Shown here: positions 25,934 through 37,521 of the stretch, one piece after another
Position numbering within the stretch: position 1 is the first letter of the stretch
Layout: each line of letters opens with the position of its first letter
NCBI GenBank assembly: GCA_964016885.1
Contig: OZ024758.1
Coordinates: 24,242,001-24,306,000, forward strand
DNA: 64,000 nucleotides
Origin: Eledone cirrhosa
Taxonomy: Eukaryota
Direction of reading: 5' to 3'
The notes under the pieces: generated by a model
What the model saw: the letters and a program-made list of their open reading frames with translations, nothing else
Databases searched by the model: none
What the model was told of the DNA's origin: nothing
Program-made: the position numbers and the translations under genes

Positions 25934-26319
25934 ACATCTCTTATGTTATAAGTGTTTAATGTATTTTTAACAGCTGTTTTGATGTTCTCCGTACAAATGC
26001 CCTGAAAAACTCTTAGGTTCAGTCAATCCTGTCTACCTACAACTCAGAATTTACATGAACGAAACTAAAAGCTTCAAGATATTTAGTTTCAACAAGAATG
26101 TTATCCTATGAAATATCAAAAGAAATGATTATTATCAAGACCAATAGTAACTGTGGATTTGCAAAATCGGTAGAGTGTCTATGTTTGAATTTAATTGAGA
26201 TTGACTTTACCTCTCGTCTTTAAAATAAATACGACTCACGTATTGATATAATCAACTGTTTCTTCCTGCTAAGTATGTGATCTAAGTTGGAAATTAATAG
26301 TATTATATATCAAATCCGA

Positions 26320-26511
26320 GGGCGGTGGATTGGCAGTATCGGTAGAGGGTCGGACGCCATGATTTCCAACATAGTTACGTCCCTTTACGATCCGAGTTCA
26401 AATCCCGCCGAGGTTGACTTTGCCTTTCATCCTTACGGGGTCGATAAAATAAAGTACCAGTAATGCACTGGGGTAATTGCTGGCCTTGTGCCAAACGTAG
26501 AAACAATTATA
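26320..26511 (+). mobile_element. Full-length SINE family 1
   Basis: Near-consensus copy. Confidence 0.92.
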
Positions 26512-26630
26512 TATCATCAGGAAAGATCTCTGGAGGTTCGACATCACCTTGGAGGATGCAGAGGAGACGACACGGGACCGCCTGCGATGGAGAGCGCTGG
26601 TGGACCTGGTCGGCAAGAAGAAGAAGAAGA
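26512..26630 (+). mobile_element. RTE-clade LINE extreme 3' end with (AAG)n tail
   Basis: Translation IIRKDLWRFDITLEDAEETTRDRLRWRALVD matches the RTE A.DR..WR..V motif, then AAGAAGAAG. Confidence 0.65.
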
Positions 26631-26928
26631 TATAAGTATCAAAATGAAACACTAACGAAAAACAAGCATACTTTCTTTTCTTTTTATGGGGCTGGCCCAC
26701 ATGTGCCTTGCATGCTGGGCCTGTTGCTCTTTTCTGTCTCAAATTGTTGCACATGAAGTCTTATATAATTTACCTTAAAATTTTGGAGGTTATTTCATAA
26801 CTGAAAATCATAAGAGTATTTTCCTATCATTTTTGGTGGGTGCAGACATTCATAATTTTGCGGCAAACATTTATATTTTCGTGGGGAGGGTGCAGCTACA
26901 TCCCCACGCACCCCCAGAAATATCCTCA

Positions 26929-27525
26929 AAATTGTTTCTACCTTTTGGCACAAGGCCAGCAATTACTCCAGCGCATTACTGGTATTTTATTTTATCGACC
27001 CCCCGTAAGGATGAAAGGCAAAGTTAACCTCGACGGGATTCGAACTCAGAATGGCAAGGGCCGTAACTCTATGCGTCAAAGCATGGCGTCCGACCCTCTA
27101 CCAATACTGCCAATCCACCGCTCTTAATAATCGTTTCTAACTTTTGGTACAAGGCCAGCAATTACCCCAGCGCATTACTGGTATTTTATTTTATCGACCC
27201 CCCGTAAGGATGAAAGGCAAAGTTAACCTCGACGGGATTCGAACTCAGAATGGCAAGGGCCGTAACTCTATGCGTCAAAGCATGGCGTCCGACCCTCTAC
27301 CAATACTGCCAATCCACCGCTCTTAATAATCGTTTCTAACTTTTGGTACAAGGCCAGCAATTACCCCAGTGCATTACTGGTACTTTATTCTATCGACCCC
27401 CGTAAGGATGAAAGGCAAAGTTAACCTCGACGGGATTCGAACTCAGAATGGCAAGGGCCGTAACTATGCGTCAAAGCATGGCGTCCGACCCTCTACCGAT
27501 ACAGCCAATCTACCGCCCACCGCCC
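26929..27525 (-). mobile_element. Three near-identical tandem SINE copies (199-bp period)
   Basis: All three share private variants (GAATGGCAAGGG, GCGTCAAAG, GGGATTCGAAC), indicating local tandem duplication. Confidence 0.9.
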
Positions 27526-27754
27526 TTAATAATGAGTGGTCAACACCGCAAAATAAGAGATGAAATCCTATCAGCTAAAACAGCTGCAAGGTTTTAATTT
27601 CCAGTAGAAACCACTTCACGTCTGTCATTAACACCTTAAGAAAAAATCGAATACTTCAACGTCTCATTTTTCATTTATTTAAAAGTTTATTAATTTTATT
27701 CTAGCCAAAAAGAGATTAGTATTACTAACACGTAGCTTGCTGGAAATATATTTA

Positions 27755-27784
<30 letters not shown>

Positions 27785-27790
<6 letters not shown>

Positions 27791-27902
27791 AACCAGTAAG
27801 ACCCCGACAGCTGAGCTCAAGCCGTTTCGACGGCTAATTCCGTCCAGAATTAGCCGTCGAAACGGCTTGAGCTCAGCTGTCGGAGTCTTACTGGTTCCTA
27901 TA
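27785..27902. repeat. 56-bp-arm fold-back hairpin containing a hammerhead 3' half
   Basis: Arms 27785-27840 and 27847-27902 with one mismatch and loop CGTCCA. The right arm has GAAA, stem III ACGGCT/AGCTGT and GTC. Confidence 0.9.
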
Positions 27903-27977
27903 ACCCACTCTACTACCTCAAGTATTGAGTACTTTGGTGCGTTATGGTCCACCTGGTTCCTTACCACATTTCCTTCG

Positions 27978-28013
<36 letters not shown>

Positions 28014-28240
28014 AGAGAGTGTAATTTGGAGTTACTGTAGGTTCACCCGGGTGAGCACTAGATGTTTAGGTTCACTTCAGTGTCGAGGTGTAGAGCTAGA
28101 CAGAGTGTATTATAGTGAAACAAGGACGATTGGTTCCTCCATCATTACATTTATTGGTTGGTGACGTGCGTTTCGCCACCGATCAGCTCAAGGTTCGATC
28201 TTACCCGACTCCAGTCCTTGACCCTCCCCAAGTATAAGTG

Positions 28241-28285
<45 letters not shown>

Positions 28286-28651
28286 CACAAGAATACTGTA
28301 CGAATTTAACCGTGTGATTCATACGATTTTGGATGAATTAAAATATATTTATTGTTGATTTATTTTTTCATACAATAGCAACAAAGTTCCAGAATTTTAA
28401 CAAGGTTTTGGTAGCTTCCTCAAGTACCTTTTAATGTAAAGATAACAATAAGAAACATTCAATACGAAGAACCATATTTATTTTTCTTGGTATGGAATAG
28501 AAACTGATAGAAATGTGGGATATTTTGAGAATATATTTTTTTTTAAATTCAAGTTTTCAAATTTAGAAGGAAAAAATATCTTTTGAATCAACAAATAATT
28601 TTCTTTCGCAGTTCCATACACTTAATTGTGAATTCAGTGAACTTCAATTAG

Positions 28652-30050
28652 TGTGAGCATGTGTGGTGTGTGAGCATGTGTGGTGTGTGAGCATGTGTGG
28701 TGTGTGAGCATGTGTGGTGTGTGAGCACGTGTGGTGTGTGAGAACGTGTGGTGTGTGAGCACGTGTGGTGTGTGAGCACGTGTGGTGTGTGAGCATGTGT
28801 GGTGTGTGCGTGTGAGCGTGTGCGTGTGAGCGTGTGCGTGTCAGCGTGTGCGTGTCAGCGTGTGCGTGTCAGCGTGTCAGCGTGTGCGTGTGAGCGTGTC
28901 AGCGTGTGAGCGTGTGCGTGTGAGCGTGTGCGTGTGAGCGTGTGCGCGTGTGCGCGTGTGTGCGTGTCAGCGTGTGCGTGTCAGCGTGTGCGCGTGTCAG
29001 CGTGTGCGCGTGTCAGCGTGTGCGCGTGTCAGCGTGTGCGTGTGTCAGCGTGTGCGTGTCAGCGTGTGCGTGTGTCAGCGTGTGCGTGTGTCAGCGTGTG
29101 CGTGTGTCAGCGTGTGCGTGTCAGCGTGTGCGTGTCAGCGTGTGCGTGTCAGCGTGTGCGTGTCAGCGTGTGCGTGTCAGCGTGTGCGTGTGTCAGCGTG
29201 TGCGTGTGTCAGCGTGTGTCAGCGTGTGCGTGTCAGCGTGTGCGTGTCAGCGTGTGCGTGTCAGCGTGTGCGTGTCAGCGTGTGCGTGTCAGCGTGTGCG
29301 TGTCAGCGTGTGCGTGTCAGCGTGTGCGTGTCAGCGTGTGCGTGTCAGCGTGTGCGTGTCAGCGTGTGTCAGCGTGTGCGTGTGTCAGCGTGTGCGTGTC
29401 AGCGTGTGCGTGTCAGCGTGTGCGTGTCAGCGTGTGCGTGTCAGCGTGTGCGTGTCAGCGTGTGCGTGTCAGCGTGTGCGTGTCAGCGTGTGCGTGTCAG
29501 CGTGTGCGTGTCAGCGTGTGCGTGTCAGCGTGTGTCAGCGTGTGCGTGTGTCAGCGTGTGCGTGTGTCAGCGTGTGCGTGTGTCAGCGTGTGCGTGTCAG
29601 CGTGTGCGTGTCAGCGTGTGCGTGTCAGCGTGTGCGTGTCAGCGTGTGCGTGTCAGCGTGTGCGTGTCAGCGTGTGCGTGTCAGCGTGTGCGTGTCAGCG
29701 TGTGCGTGTCAGCGTGTGCGTGTCAGCGTATGAGTCTGAGTCTGAGTGGGTGCGCGCGTTTGAGCGTGTGTGTGTGTTTGAGCGTGTATGAGCGCGTGTG
29801 TGAGTGCGTGTGAGCGCGCGTGTGAGCGCGCGTGTGAGCGCGCGTGTGAGCGCGCGTGTGAGCGCGCGTGTGAGCGCGTGTGTGAGCGCGTGTGTGTGTT
29901 TATGCGTGCGCGACTGTTTATGCGTGAACGTGTATGTGTTACTTTATGCGTTTGTATGACTGTTTATGCATGCGCGCGTCTGTGTTTATGCATGCGTGTG
30001 TGCGCGTGTGTGTGTGTGTGTTTATGCATGCGCGCGTGTATGTATGTATT
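28652..30050. repeat. GT-rich minisatellites (GTGTGAGCATGTGTGGT; 14-bp GTGTGCGTGTCAGC)
   Basis: Visible; explains the CVSAC ORFs. Confidence 0.95.
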
Positions 30051-30449
30051 TTATGATATTAACTGATCATATGCAAATTAACAGGAATAGTTGTGTGGTT
30101 GAGATGTCAAGTCTTATTTTCATTATCTATTCTCAGCATGACTATCAAACTACAGTGCAAATCTTCTGTCGAATCTGAAATTAACTGAAGTAGTAATTCA
30201 AGGAAGATTTATTTAAAATCTGTGGGTTATATGATATCCTCGCTTAAATCCTGCCCTTCGTTTCCATTGATTAGCATATTGTTTTTACGTAAAGGGTCAT
30301 TGACTGTGACAGCAGAACTCGTAATACATATGCATTAAAATATTTAAACGATATGTATGTATAGTATATTTGGCAATATACTGTATGTTTAATTAAAAAC
30401 ATTTAGAAGACTATTCACTATGAGTTTTAAAGTAGTGACTATGTCACTT

Positions 30450-30548
30450 ATTCTCGGCAAATAGCAACATAGAGTGATCGACAGACAGTCTGTTTCTCGC
30501 TTGTGAGCGTTTATCAAGACCACACACTCCTTTCCTTCTGCCGAGAAT
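30450..30548 (-). ncRNA. Type I hammerhead ribozyme candidate with U3-A8 core variant
   Basis: Minus strand GTGGTC-TTGATAA-A-CGCT CACA AGCG-A-GAAA-CAGA CTG TCTGT-C-GATCAC. Stems I, II and III all pair, the cleavage triplet is GUC, and an outer helix ATTCTCGGCA/TGCCGAGAAT encloses it. Confidence 0.65.
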
Positions 30549-31366
30549 TATAGAGGCTGGATTCTTATAGAATTCCAGTAATAATCAGGAGCTGATTAAA
30601 CAGAGCTATTGCAGGTCCAGCAAAAATTAGGTATTAGGATTGGTGCTCTGAAATAGCGATGTATACATGAATGTATGTATAGTATATTTGATAATACACC
30701 GTATGTTTAATCAAAAACATTTAGAAGACCATTCGCTATCAGTTTTAAAGTAGTGATTATGTCACTTAATTTAAATGATAAATTTTGTGTAGCTCTTTCA
30801 GTTTAAACGCAGCATTAAATACTAAGGGACGAAGTGTATAGCATAATATCACTTAAGACAGTAAATATGTGCCGTAGCAAAATTGGTAAATAAATATATG
30901 GGCTGCTGTTTGAGTTTCTAAATCAAAATAGACATTGAAAGTGTGAGCTGCCTGTAAGGTTTACATTGGTAATTGTATTTGTAACTACTATTTTCCAAAT
31001 ATTGATACAATATTTGCTTTATTAAATCACCTCTGATATTTGTTGAAGCTAGATGTTCGGCATGGTTATTCGAAAATCGAGCTTAGTCAGATATAACGAG
31101 AGCAATGTGTGATAATGTTATATATTTGTTTTACAGTCTAGAAATAAGCTTGATAAATGGAACTTCCATTTATTAGATATAGCATATGCAATTTGATAAA
31201 TGACGTCCCTGGCGTCAAAATCATACAAGATAACATAATGATACATGTATCGATTATGTCAACGCTTAGGAATACAAAGAATGGAATTATGGGCAAGTTA
31301 AAAATTTACTAACACTTTCAATTCTGTTGAGTACATTTATATAACGCAATCAAATGCTTTTTTTAA

Positions 31367-31746
31367 CCCTTTATCATTTACATTACCTCTATATTTACTA
31401 TTGTATTTTCATGGTAAACACTTTATTTCACATAATTATCTTACATTATATCTAATCTATAAAGGGTCAGACATGCTTTCCAGCATAGTTACGTCCCTTT
31501 ACGACCTGAGTTCAAATCCCGCCGAGGTTAACTTTGCCTTTCATCCTTACGGGGTCGATAAAATAAAGTACCAGTAATACACTGGGTATTTGCTGGCCTT
31601 GTGCCAAAAGTAGAAACAATTATATCTAATCTATGAGATTTTGATATTATTTATTCTGAGAACAATACCTTAACATAAGTATGAGCAGCCGGTTACAGCC
31701 AGTTTAAACAGAAAAAGGTGATATGGCCGGTTTAAATGCTAACGGG
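31367..31746. mobile_element. piggyBac-like MITE with a nested 5'-truncated SINE (31461-31618, 16-bp TSD)
   Basis: TTAA|CCC...GGG|TTAA; ATTATATCTAATCTAT at 31445-31460 and 31619-31634. Confidence 0.8.
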
Positions 31747-31845
31747 TTAAGGATTCAAACGGAAATATGAAACAAAACTTTAGCCTTAATACTTTTCTAC
31801 GTAATACAAATGGTTGTTGACTATTTTATTGCAGTATCCCATAGA

Positions 31846-32186
31846 GGGCGGTGTTGGCAGTATCAGTAGAGCGTCAGACGCCATGCTTTGCAGTATAGAG
31901 TTACGGCCCTTTATGTTCCGAGTTCAAATCCCGTCATGGTTAACTTTGGTCGATAAAATAAAACACCAGTAATACAGTGAGGTAATTGCTGGCCTAAAGC
32001 AGAAACAATTATCAGGGCCTCCAAGAAAATTTTGCAAAGCGGTACAAGAGCCCTTCGGGGCCCGAAGCAGGCCAAGATTTTCCTCAAAATGGATGTTGCA
32101 TGGTTGATGTGGGGGCCTTCTTAGCTCCTGGGCCCCGGGAACAAATTACGCGCTGGACCCCCCCCCCCCCCCTCTCATAAGACCTG
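31846..32186 (+). mobile_element. SINE (31846-32012) abutting a probable hAT/Tip100-like MITE (32013-32186)
   Basis: SINE body, then CAGGGCC...GACCTG ends with internal GGGCCC motifs. Confidence 0.6.
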
Positions 32187-32351
32187 CTTATTATTTCAAG
32201 TGTATTCGAAGTGATAAAAATCTACTGGAGCCTCGTTTAGAAATAAAAAGAAGGAAGATTTAGAAGGAACACGAGACCACCCCTAACCCGTTGGGTCACA
32301 TTCACTTAAAAATAATTTTTAATTAAAATATACACAGAGATATAATGTGAA

Positions 32352-32851
32352 ATGGTGGTGGTGGTGGTGGTGATGGTGGTGGTGGTTGTTATGATGGTGG
32401 TGGTGATGATGGTGGTGGTGGTGGTGGTGGTGGTGGTTATGATGGTGGTGGTGGTGGTTATGATGGTGGTGGTGGTTATGATGGTGGTGGTGGTTATGAT
32501 GGTGGTGGTGGTGGTGGTGGTGATGGTGATGGTGATGGTGGTGGTGGTTATGATGGTGGTGCTGGTGGTTATGATGGTGGTGGTGGTGGTGGTTATGATG
32601 GTGGTGGTTATGATGGTGGTGGTTATGATGGTGGTGGTTATGATGGTGGTGGTGATGATGGTGGTGGTGATGATGGTGGTGGTGATGATGGTGGTGGTGA
32701 TGATGGTGGTGAGAATGATGATGTTTTGATGATCGTGATGATGATGGTGGTGATGGTGATGATGGTGATGATGGTGGTGATGATGGTGGTGATGATGGTG
32801 GTGATGATGGTGGTGATGATGGTGGTGGTGATGGTGATGGTGATGATGGTG
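32352..32851. repeat. (GGT)/(GAT) microsatellite
   Basis: Visible; explains the poly-H/T/V ORFs. Confidence 0.95.
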
Positions 32852-33493
32852 GCGACTACGAAGGTTGTTTCGGTAAAACATCAATCAAACAGATACAACA
32901 ACAACGAAATTCTACAATGGGTTTTGACAATCATCTGGAGTTCTAAAAAGTATTCTATAATGATAACAATCTATCTTAGATAAATGCTGCTGAGAAAATC
33001 CACTAGAAACTTGAGAAGACAGGAAAGCTATTTAGCAGCGTTGAAGAACACACAAGAAAAAAACCCATTAAGAAAGCCACAAATATCGGAATTTATCAAT
33101 ACTTCTCGATATTAATCTTATTGAACAACTACGAAACTTTGGTGACCTCCATTTTTGCCATATTTCACTGGTTATTTTGAGAACATTCGATACCGAATTG
33201 AATATATATTCCTAATTCGAACACACATGCTATTAAGTGTGCTTCTGTCGCCAGTTTTCAATTATTGATATTGAAGCTCTAACTCTTCAGAGGGAGTCAT
33301 ACTTTATGTGTAAGTGATAAATGATGATCGATTGCTTAAGGGAAAACAGCATAGATATTTAACAACGAGTGAACGTCTAAAAAAACATAGTATACATTGA
33401 ATAGAATCAAAAGTTATAGGATATGAGAAGTTAATATAAGTTATATAGTGTGTTGACAACAAATACTTAATGTTTATATGTTTTAACTTTTGC

Positions 33494-33785
33494 GATAGTA
33501 TTAGCAATTGGAAAGACAAATGGAAACATTGCTTCCTTGGTCTGATCTGACGAGTTCAACGCCACCCGGTAAGCTAACGAAGTCTCGGACTATGCGGCCG
33601 GTAGATAGTGTTAGCAATTGGAAAGACAAATGGAAACATTGCTTCGTTGGTCTGATCTGATCTGATGAGTTCCACCCCACTCGATAAGCGAACCAGGTCT
33701 GGGATTTTGCGACCGGTAGATAGTATTGACAAATAGAAACTGTTTCCCTGGTCTGATCTGACGAGTTCCACCACACTCGGATCAT
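33494..33785. repeat. Diverged ~110-bp tandem repeat, about 2.6 copies
   Basis: Units start at 33494, 33604 and 33719; GGTCTGATCTGA(C/T)GAGTTC is conserved. Confidence 0.85.
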
Positions 33786-34226
33786 AGAACAAAGAAAGAG
33801 GAAAAAATACTGTGAAGTAGATATGTTTCTCAATATCTATTAACGATGTAAACGAAAGAAGTTTACCTCAGCGGGATTCGAAACCCGCTGGCAAAACTCG
33901 GATCACGGGGAATGGAATTCGTATTTTTAGAAGCTCGTCTCTAATATACAGGGTGAGTCATAAGTAAGCGGGCCAACAAACATTTATATTCCATTCCAAA
34001 CGATAATATTCGGCGGATTGGCATTAATCGTTAGAGCGTCGGACAACATGCTTTTCAGCATAGAGTTACGGCCCTTTACAATTTGAGTTCGAATCCCGCC
34101 GCGGTTAGCTTTGCCTTTCATCCTTACGGGGTCGATAAAATAACGCACCAGTAATGCACTGGGGTCGATTTAATGGATTTGCCCCTCCCTCCAAATTCCT
34201 TGCCTTGTGTCTATATCAGAAAGCAA

Positions 34227-34576
34227 TCTATATATCTAAAACAGAGAATGTCTGTCTGTCTGACTCCCTAAAACTCGAGAACCACCCAACCGATTGTTTG
34301 CAAACTTTACACATTTAATACTTATGGCCGTGTGAGTGTTTTAAACATTACGACATTATGACAAATATTGTCCTCATTGCTGAGGTATTATCTTCGCTAT
34401 TTTCCGTTCATTGCCAGGGAACGTCTTCACGAACCAAAGTATCGTCTTCCTGTTTTCTTTCGGTTGCAAGGTTTTTCAAAATATTTACTTCTGCGTTCAC
34501 AGATTGATTTTTTTAGTTTCAGAAGATCCCGTTAAGGGTGAAAGCAGCGATTCTTTGCTTAAACTTTAATCTGTTA

Positions 34577-34622
<46 letters not shown>

Positions 34623-34802
34623 ATGCAGCGAGATCTAGGCAAATTGATGTCTATTGAAACGTACGTTAGAACCGAATAAATCTCTTTTACTGCATCTTTC
34701 TGTTCTTTTTGATTCTTTATATTTATATATATATATATATATTAAAATAAAAGATTAAAGTTTTATTTGTCTGCCTCTCTGTTTTTGTTCCCGTCCAAGT
34801 TT

Positions 34803-34846
<44 letters not shown>

Positions 34847-34970
34847 CACAAAATGTAGACACCATCCCCAGGCCGAGGTATTCCGTACTTACCTGTACTG
34901 TTTCAGAAAGGCAGGATAAACATGCCAATCTATGTTTAGAATCCCGAACAACGCCGGGCCATTCTGCTAG
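34227..34970 (+). mobile_element. Non-autonomous Helitron
   Basis: A|TCTATATAT 5' end, (TCTG)n, 3' hairpin CCCGAACAACGCCGGG, CTAG|T; inserted in an AT dinucleotide with no TSD. Confidence 0.8.
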
Positions 34971-35110
34971 TATTTACTAAAACACTGGTCATACAGTACG
35001 AAATTATAAATACATCAAACAAAAATAGTTTGAAAGAATTATAACCATGGCTGACCGCACACAAACGGATGTGCAAAAAGTTATGTGAACCTTGTAATAA
35101 AAATACTTTG

Positions 35111-35502
35111 AAGTATCGGTAGAAGGTCGGACGCCATGCTTTGCAGCATAGAGTTACATCCCTTTACGGTCTGAGTTCAACTCCCGCCGAAGTTAACTTT
35201 GCCTTTCATCCTTACGGGGTCGATAAAATAAAGCACCAGTAATGCACTGGGGTATTTGCTGGCCTTGTGCCACAAAAGTAGAAAACAATAAGAATGGTTT
35301 CTTATATAAATAAGCACAAGGCCAACAATTTGGGAGGTGGGGAAAGTCGATTAAATCGACCCCAGTGCGTGACTGGTACTTTATTTTATCGACCCTGTAA
35401 AGATGAAAGGCAAAGTTAATCTCGGCGGGATTTGGACTCAGATCATAAAGGGCCGTAACTCTATGCTGCAAAACATGGCGTCCGACCCTCTACCAATACT
35501 GC
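35111..35502. mobile_element. Tail-to-tail inverted SINE pair
   Basis: Plus copy 35111-35290 directly followed by minus copy 35292-35502. Confidence 0.9.
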
Positions 35503-35571
35503 CCTCATAGAAAACTAAGAATACGTTGACTGGCCAGTTACTTATGACTCACCCTGTATATTGTTGATTTC

Positions 35572-36598
35572 TTTCTGCAAGACACGTCTCACGTGTATAA
35601 CGCTTGCAGAAACTTCTAGCTTCTTTCTCCATTTCTCACGTTTCTTTTCTGCAAGACACGTCTCACATGTATAACGCCTGCAGAAACTTCTCGCTTCTTT
35701 CTCCATTTCTCACGTTTCTTTTCTGCAAGACACGTCTCACATGTATAACGCCTGCAGAAACTTCTCGCTTCTTTCTCCATTTCTCACGTTTCTTTTCTGC
35801 AAGACACGTCTCACGTGTATAACGCTTGCAGAAACTTCTCGCTTCTTTCTCCATTTCTCACGTTTCTTTTCTGCAAGACACGTCTCACATGTATAACGCC
35901 TGCAGAAACTTCTCGCTTCTTTCTCCATTTCTCACGTTTCTTTTCTGCAAGACACGTCTCACATGTATAACGCCTGCAGAAACTTCTCGCTTCTTTCTCC
36001 ATTTCTCACGTTTCTTTTCTGCAAGACACGTCTCACATGTATAACGCCTGCAGAAACTTCTCGCTTCTTTCTCCATTTCTCACGTTTCTTTTCTGCAAGA
36101 CACGTCTCACATGTATAACGCCTGCAGAAACTTCTCGCTTCTTTCTCCATTTCTCACGTTTCTTTTCTGCAAGACACGTCTCACGTGTATAACGCCTGCA
36201 GAAACTTCTCGCTTCTTTCTCCATTTCTCACGTTTCTTTTCTGCAAGACACGTCTCACATGTATAACGCCTGCAGAAACTTCTCGCTTCTTTCTCCATTT
36301 CTCACGTTTCTTTTCTGCAAGACACGTCTCACGTGTATAACGCCTGCAGAAACTTCTCGCTTCTTTCTCCATTTCTCACGTTTCTTTTCTGCAAGACACG
36401 TCTCACATGTATAACGCCTGCAGAAACTTCTCGCTTCTTTCTCCATTTGTCACGTTTCTTTTCTGCAAGACACGTCTCACGTGTATAACGCCTGCAGAAA
36501 CTTCTCGCTTCTTTCTCCATTTCTCACGTTTCTTTTCTGCAAGACACGTCTCACGTGTATAACGCCTGCAGAAACTTCTCGCTTCTTTCTCCATTTCT
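35572..36598. repeat. 74-bp satellite, about 14 near-identical copies
   Basis: The 74-bp period is also visible in the ORF-track offsets; internal inverted repeat TTCTGCA...TGCAGAA. Confidence 0.95.
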
Positions 36599-36800
36599 CT
36601 ATTTCACACGTTCCCAGCACCTACCACCCCTAACACAAACACATTTACATAAATTTGATATTTCTGTTAGCAGCAATATTAATCTTATTGTCTTTTAAAA
36701 TAAGTGTTTCTTTCTAGTCTATTATTTTTTTTTTTACATTCTTCCTAAGAATTTATTTGTTTCTAACTAAAACAAAGACACGTCGCTGGAATATAGACAA

Positions 36801-36880
36801 CTAGCAGAATGGCACGGCGTTACTCGGGATTCTAAACGTAGATTGGCATGTTTATCCTTCCTTTCTGAAACAGTATGCCA
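36801..36880 (-). mobile_element. Helitron 3' fragment
   Basis: Reverse complement of about 34895-34970. Confidence 0.75.
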
Positions 36881-37521
36881 ACAGGAGGGACGAATGATGA
36901 GAACTAACGAGAGAGAGAGAGTGTGTGTGTGTGCGCGCGTGCGTGCGTGCGTGCGTGCGCGTGTGCGCGTGTGTGTGTGTGTGTATGGTCCACACACATT
37001 TTATTTTGACAGTTTGATTAAAGAACGGAATATCACTGACACCATTTATTTTTGAAATGAGTTAAGTACTATTTATGATTATTTTGTGTCGGGCAAAGTG
37101 CTTTTGTGTTTAATAAATAAATCACTATAAACGGTGGAGAGGGTCGTATGGTGTTATTACCTTTATTATTCTTATCACTTTTCAACTAAATATCATTACG
37201 TTGTTACGATCAATATCTGCTATTGTGGAGCCAGTTATAATCGATATGGCTTTCTTTAATGATTAATTTAAAGTAGAATTCTTCTACTTGTAACAAACGA
37301 CTGCGTTAATGTCATTTTTGAACAGGACTCCTTTTTAAATTGTAGAAATGTTGTTACACACCTAAGAATAACATTCTTTGAAGAATTCTCTATTTGTCAG
37401 CCGCCGATAATAATTCTTCACGGTCCACTAAATCAGTGACAGGTAACTCTTAAATCACGGTTCACTAAATCAGTGACAGCTGACTCTTAAATGTCTCAAA
37501 TATATGAGGTTTTCTTTATTA

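Larger units (their letters stand above)
33949..35556. mobile_element. Tc1/mariner-type non-autonomous element carrying three SINEs and a Helitron
   Basis: TA|CAGGGTGAGTCATAAGTAA...TTACTTATGACTCACCCTG|TA: 19-bp perfect TIR core with TA TSD. Confidence 0.85.

Noticed and set aside
26320-26420. SINE heads as tRNA genes (also 2231, 17836, 44075-44150)
   Set aside because: A and B boxes are present, but there is no acceptor stem or cloverleaf and most run straight into SINE bodies.
34515-34555. CAGAAGA-TCCC GTTAA GGGT-GAAAGCAGCG hammerhead-like string
   Set aside because: The core has U4A, and there is no valid UH site or stem I.
35572-36598. CRISPR-like regular arrays (also 47575-48595, 53496-58200, 59158-59584)
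   Set aside because: No unique spacers, no cas genes, and a eukaryotic context.
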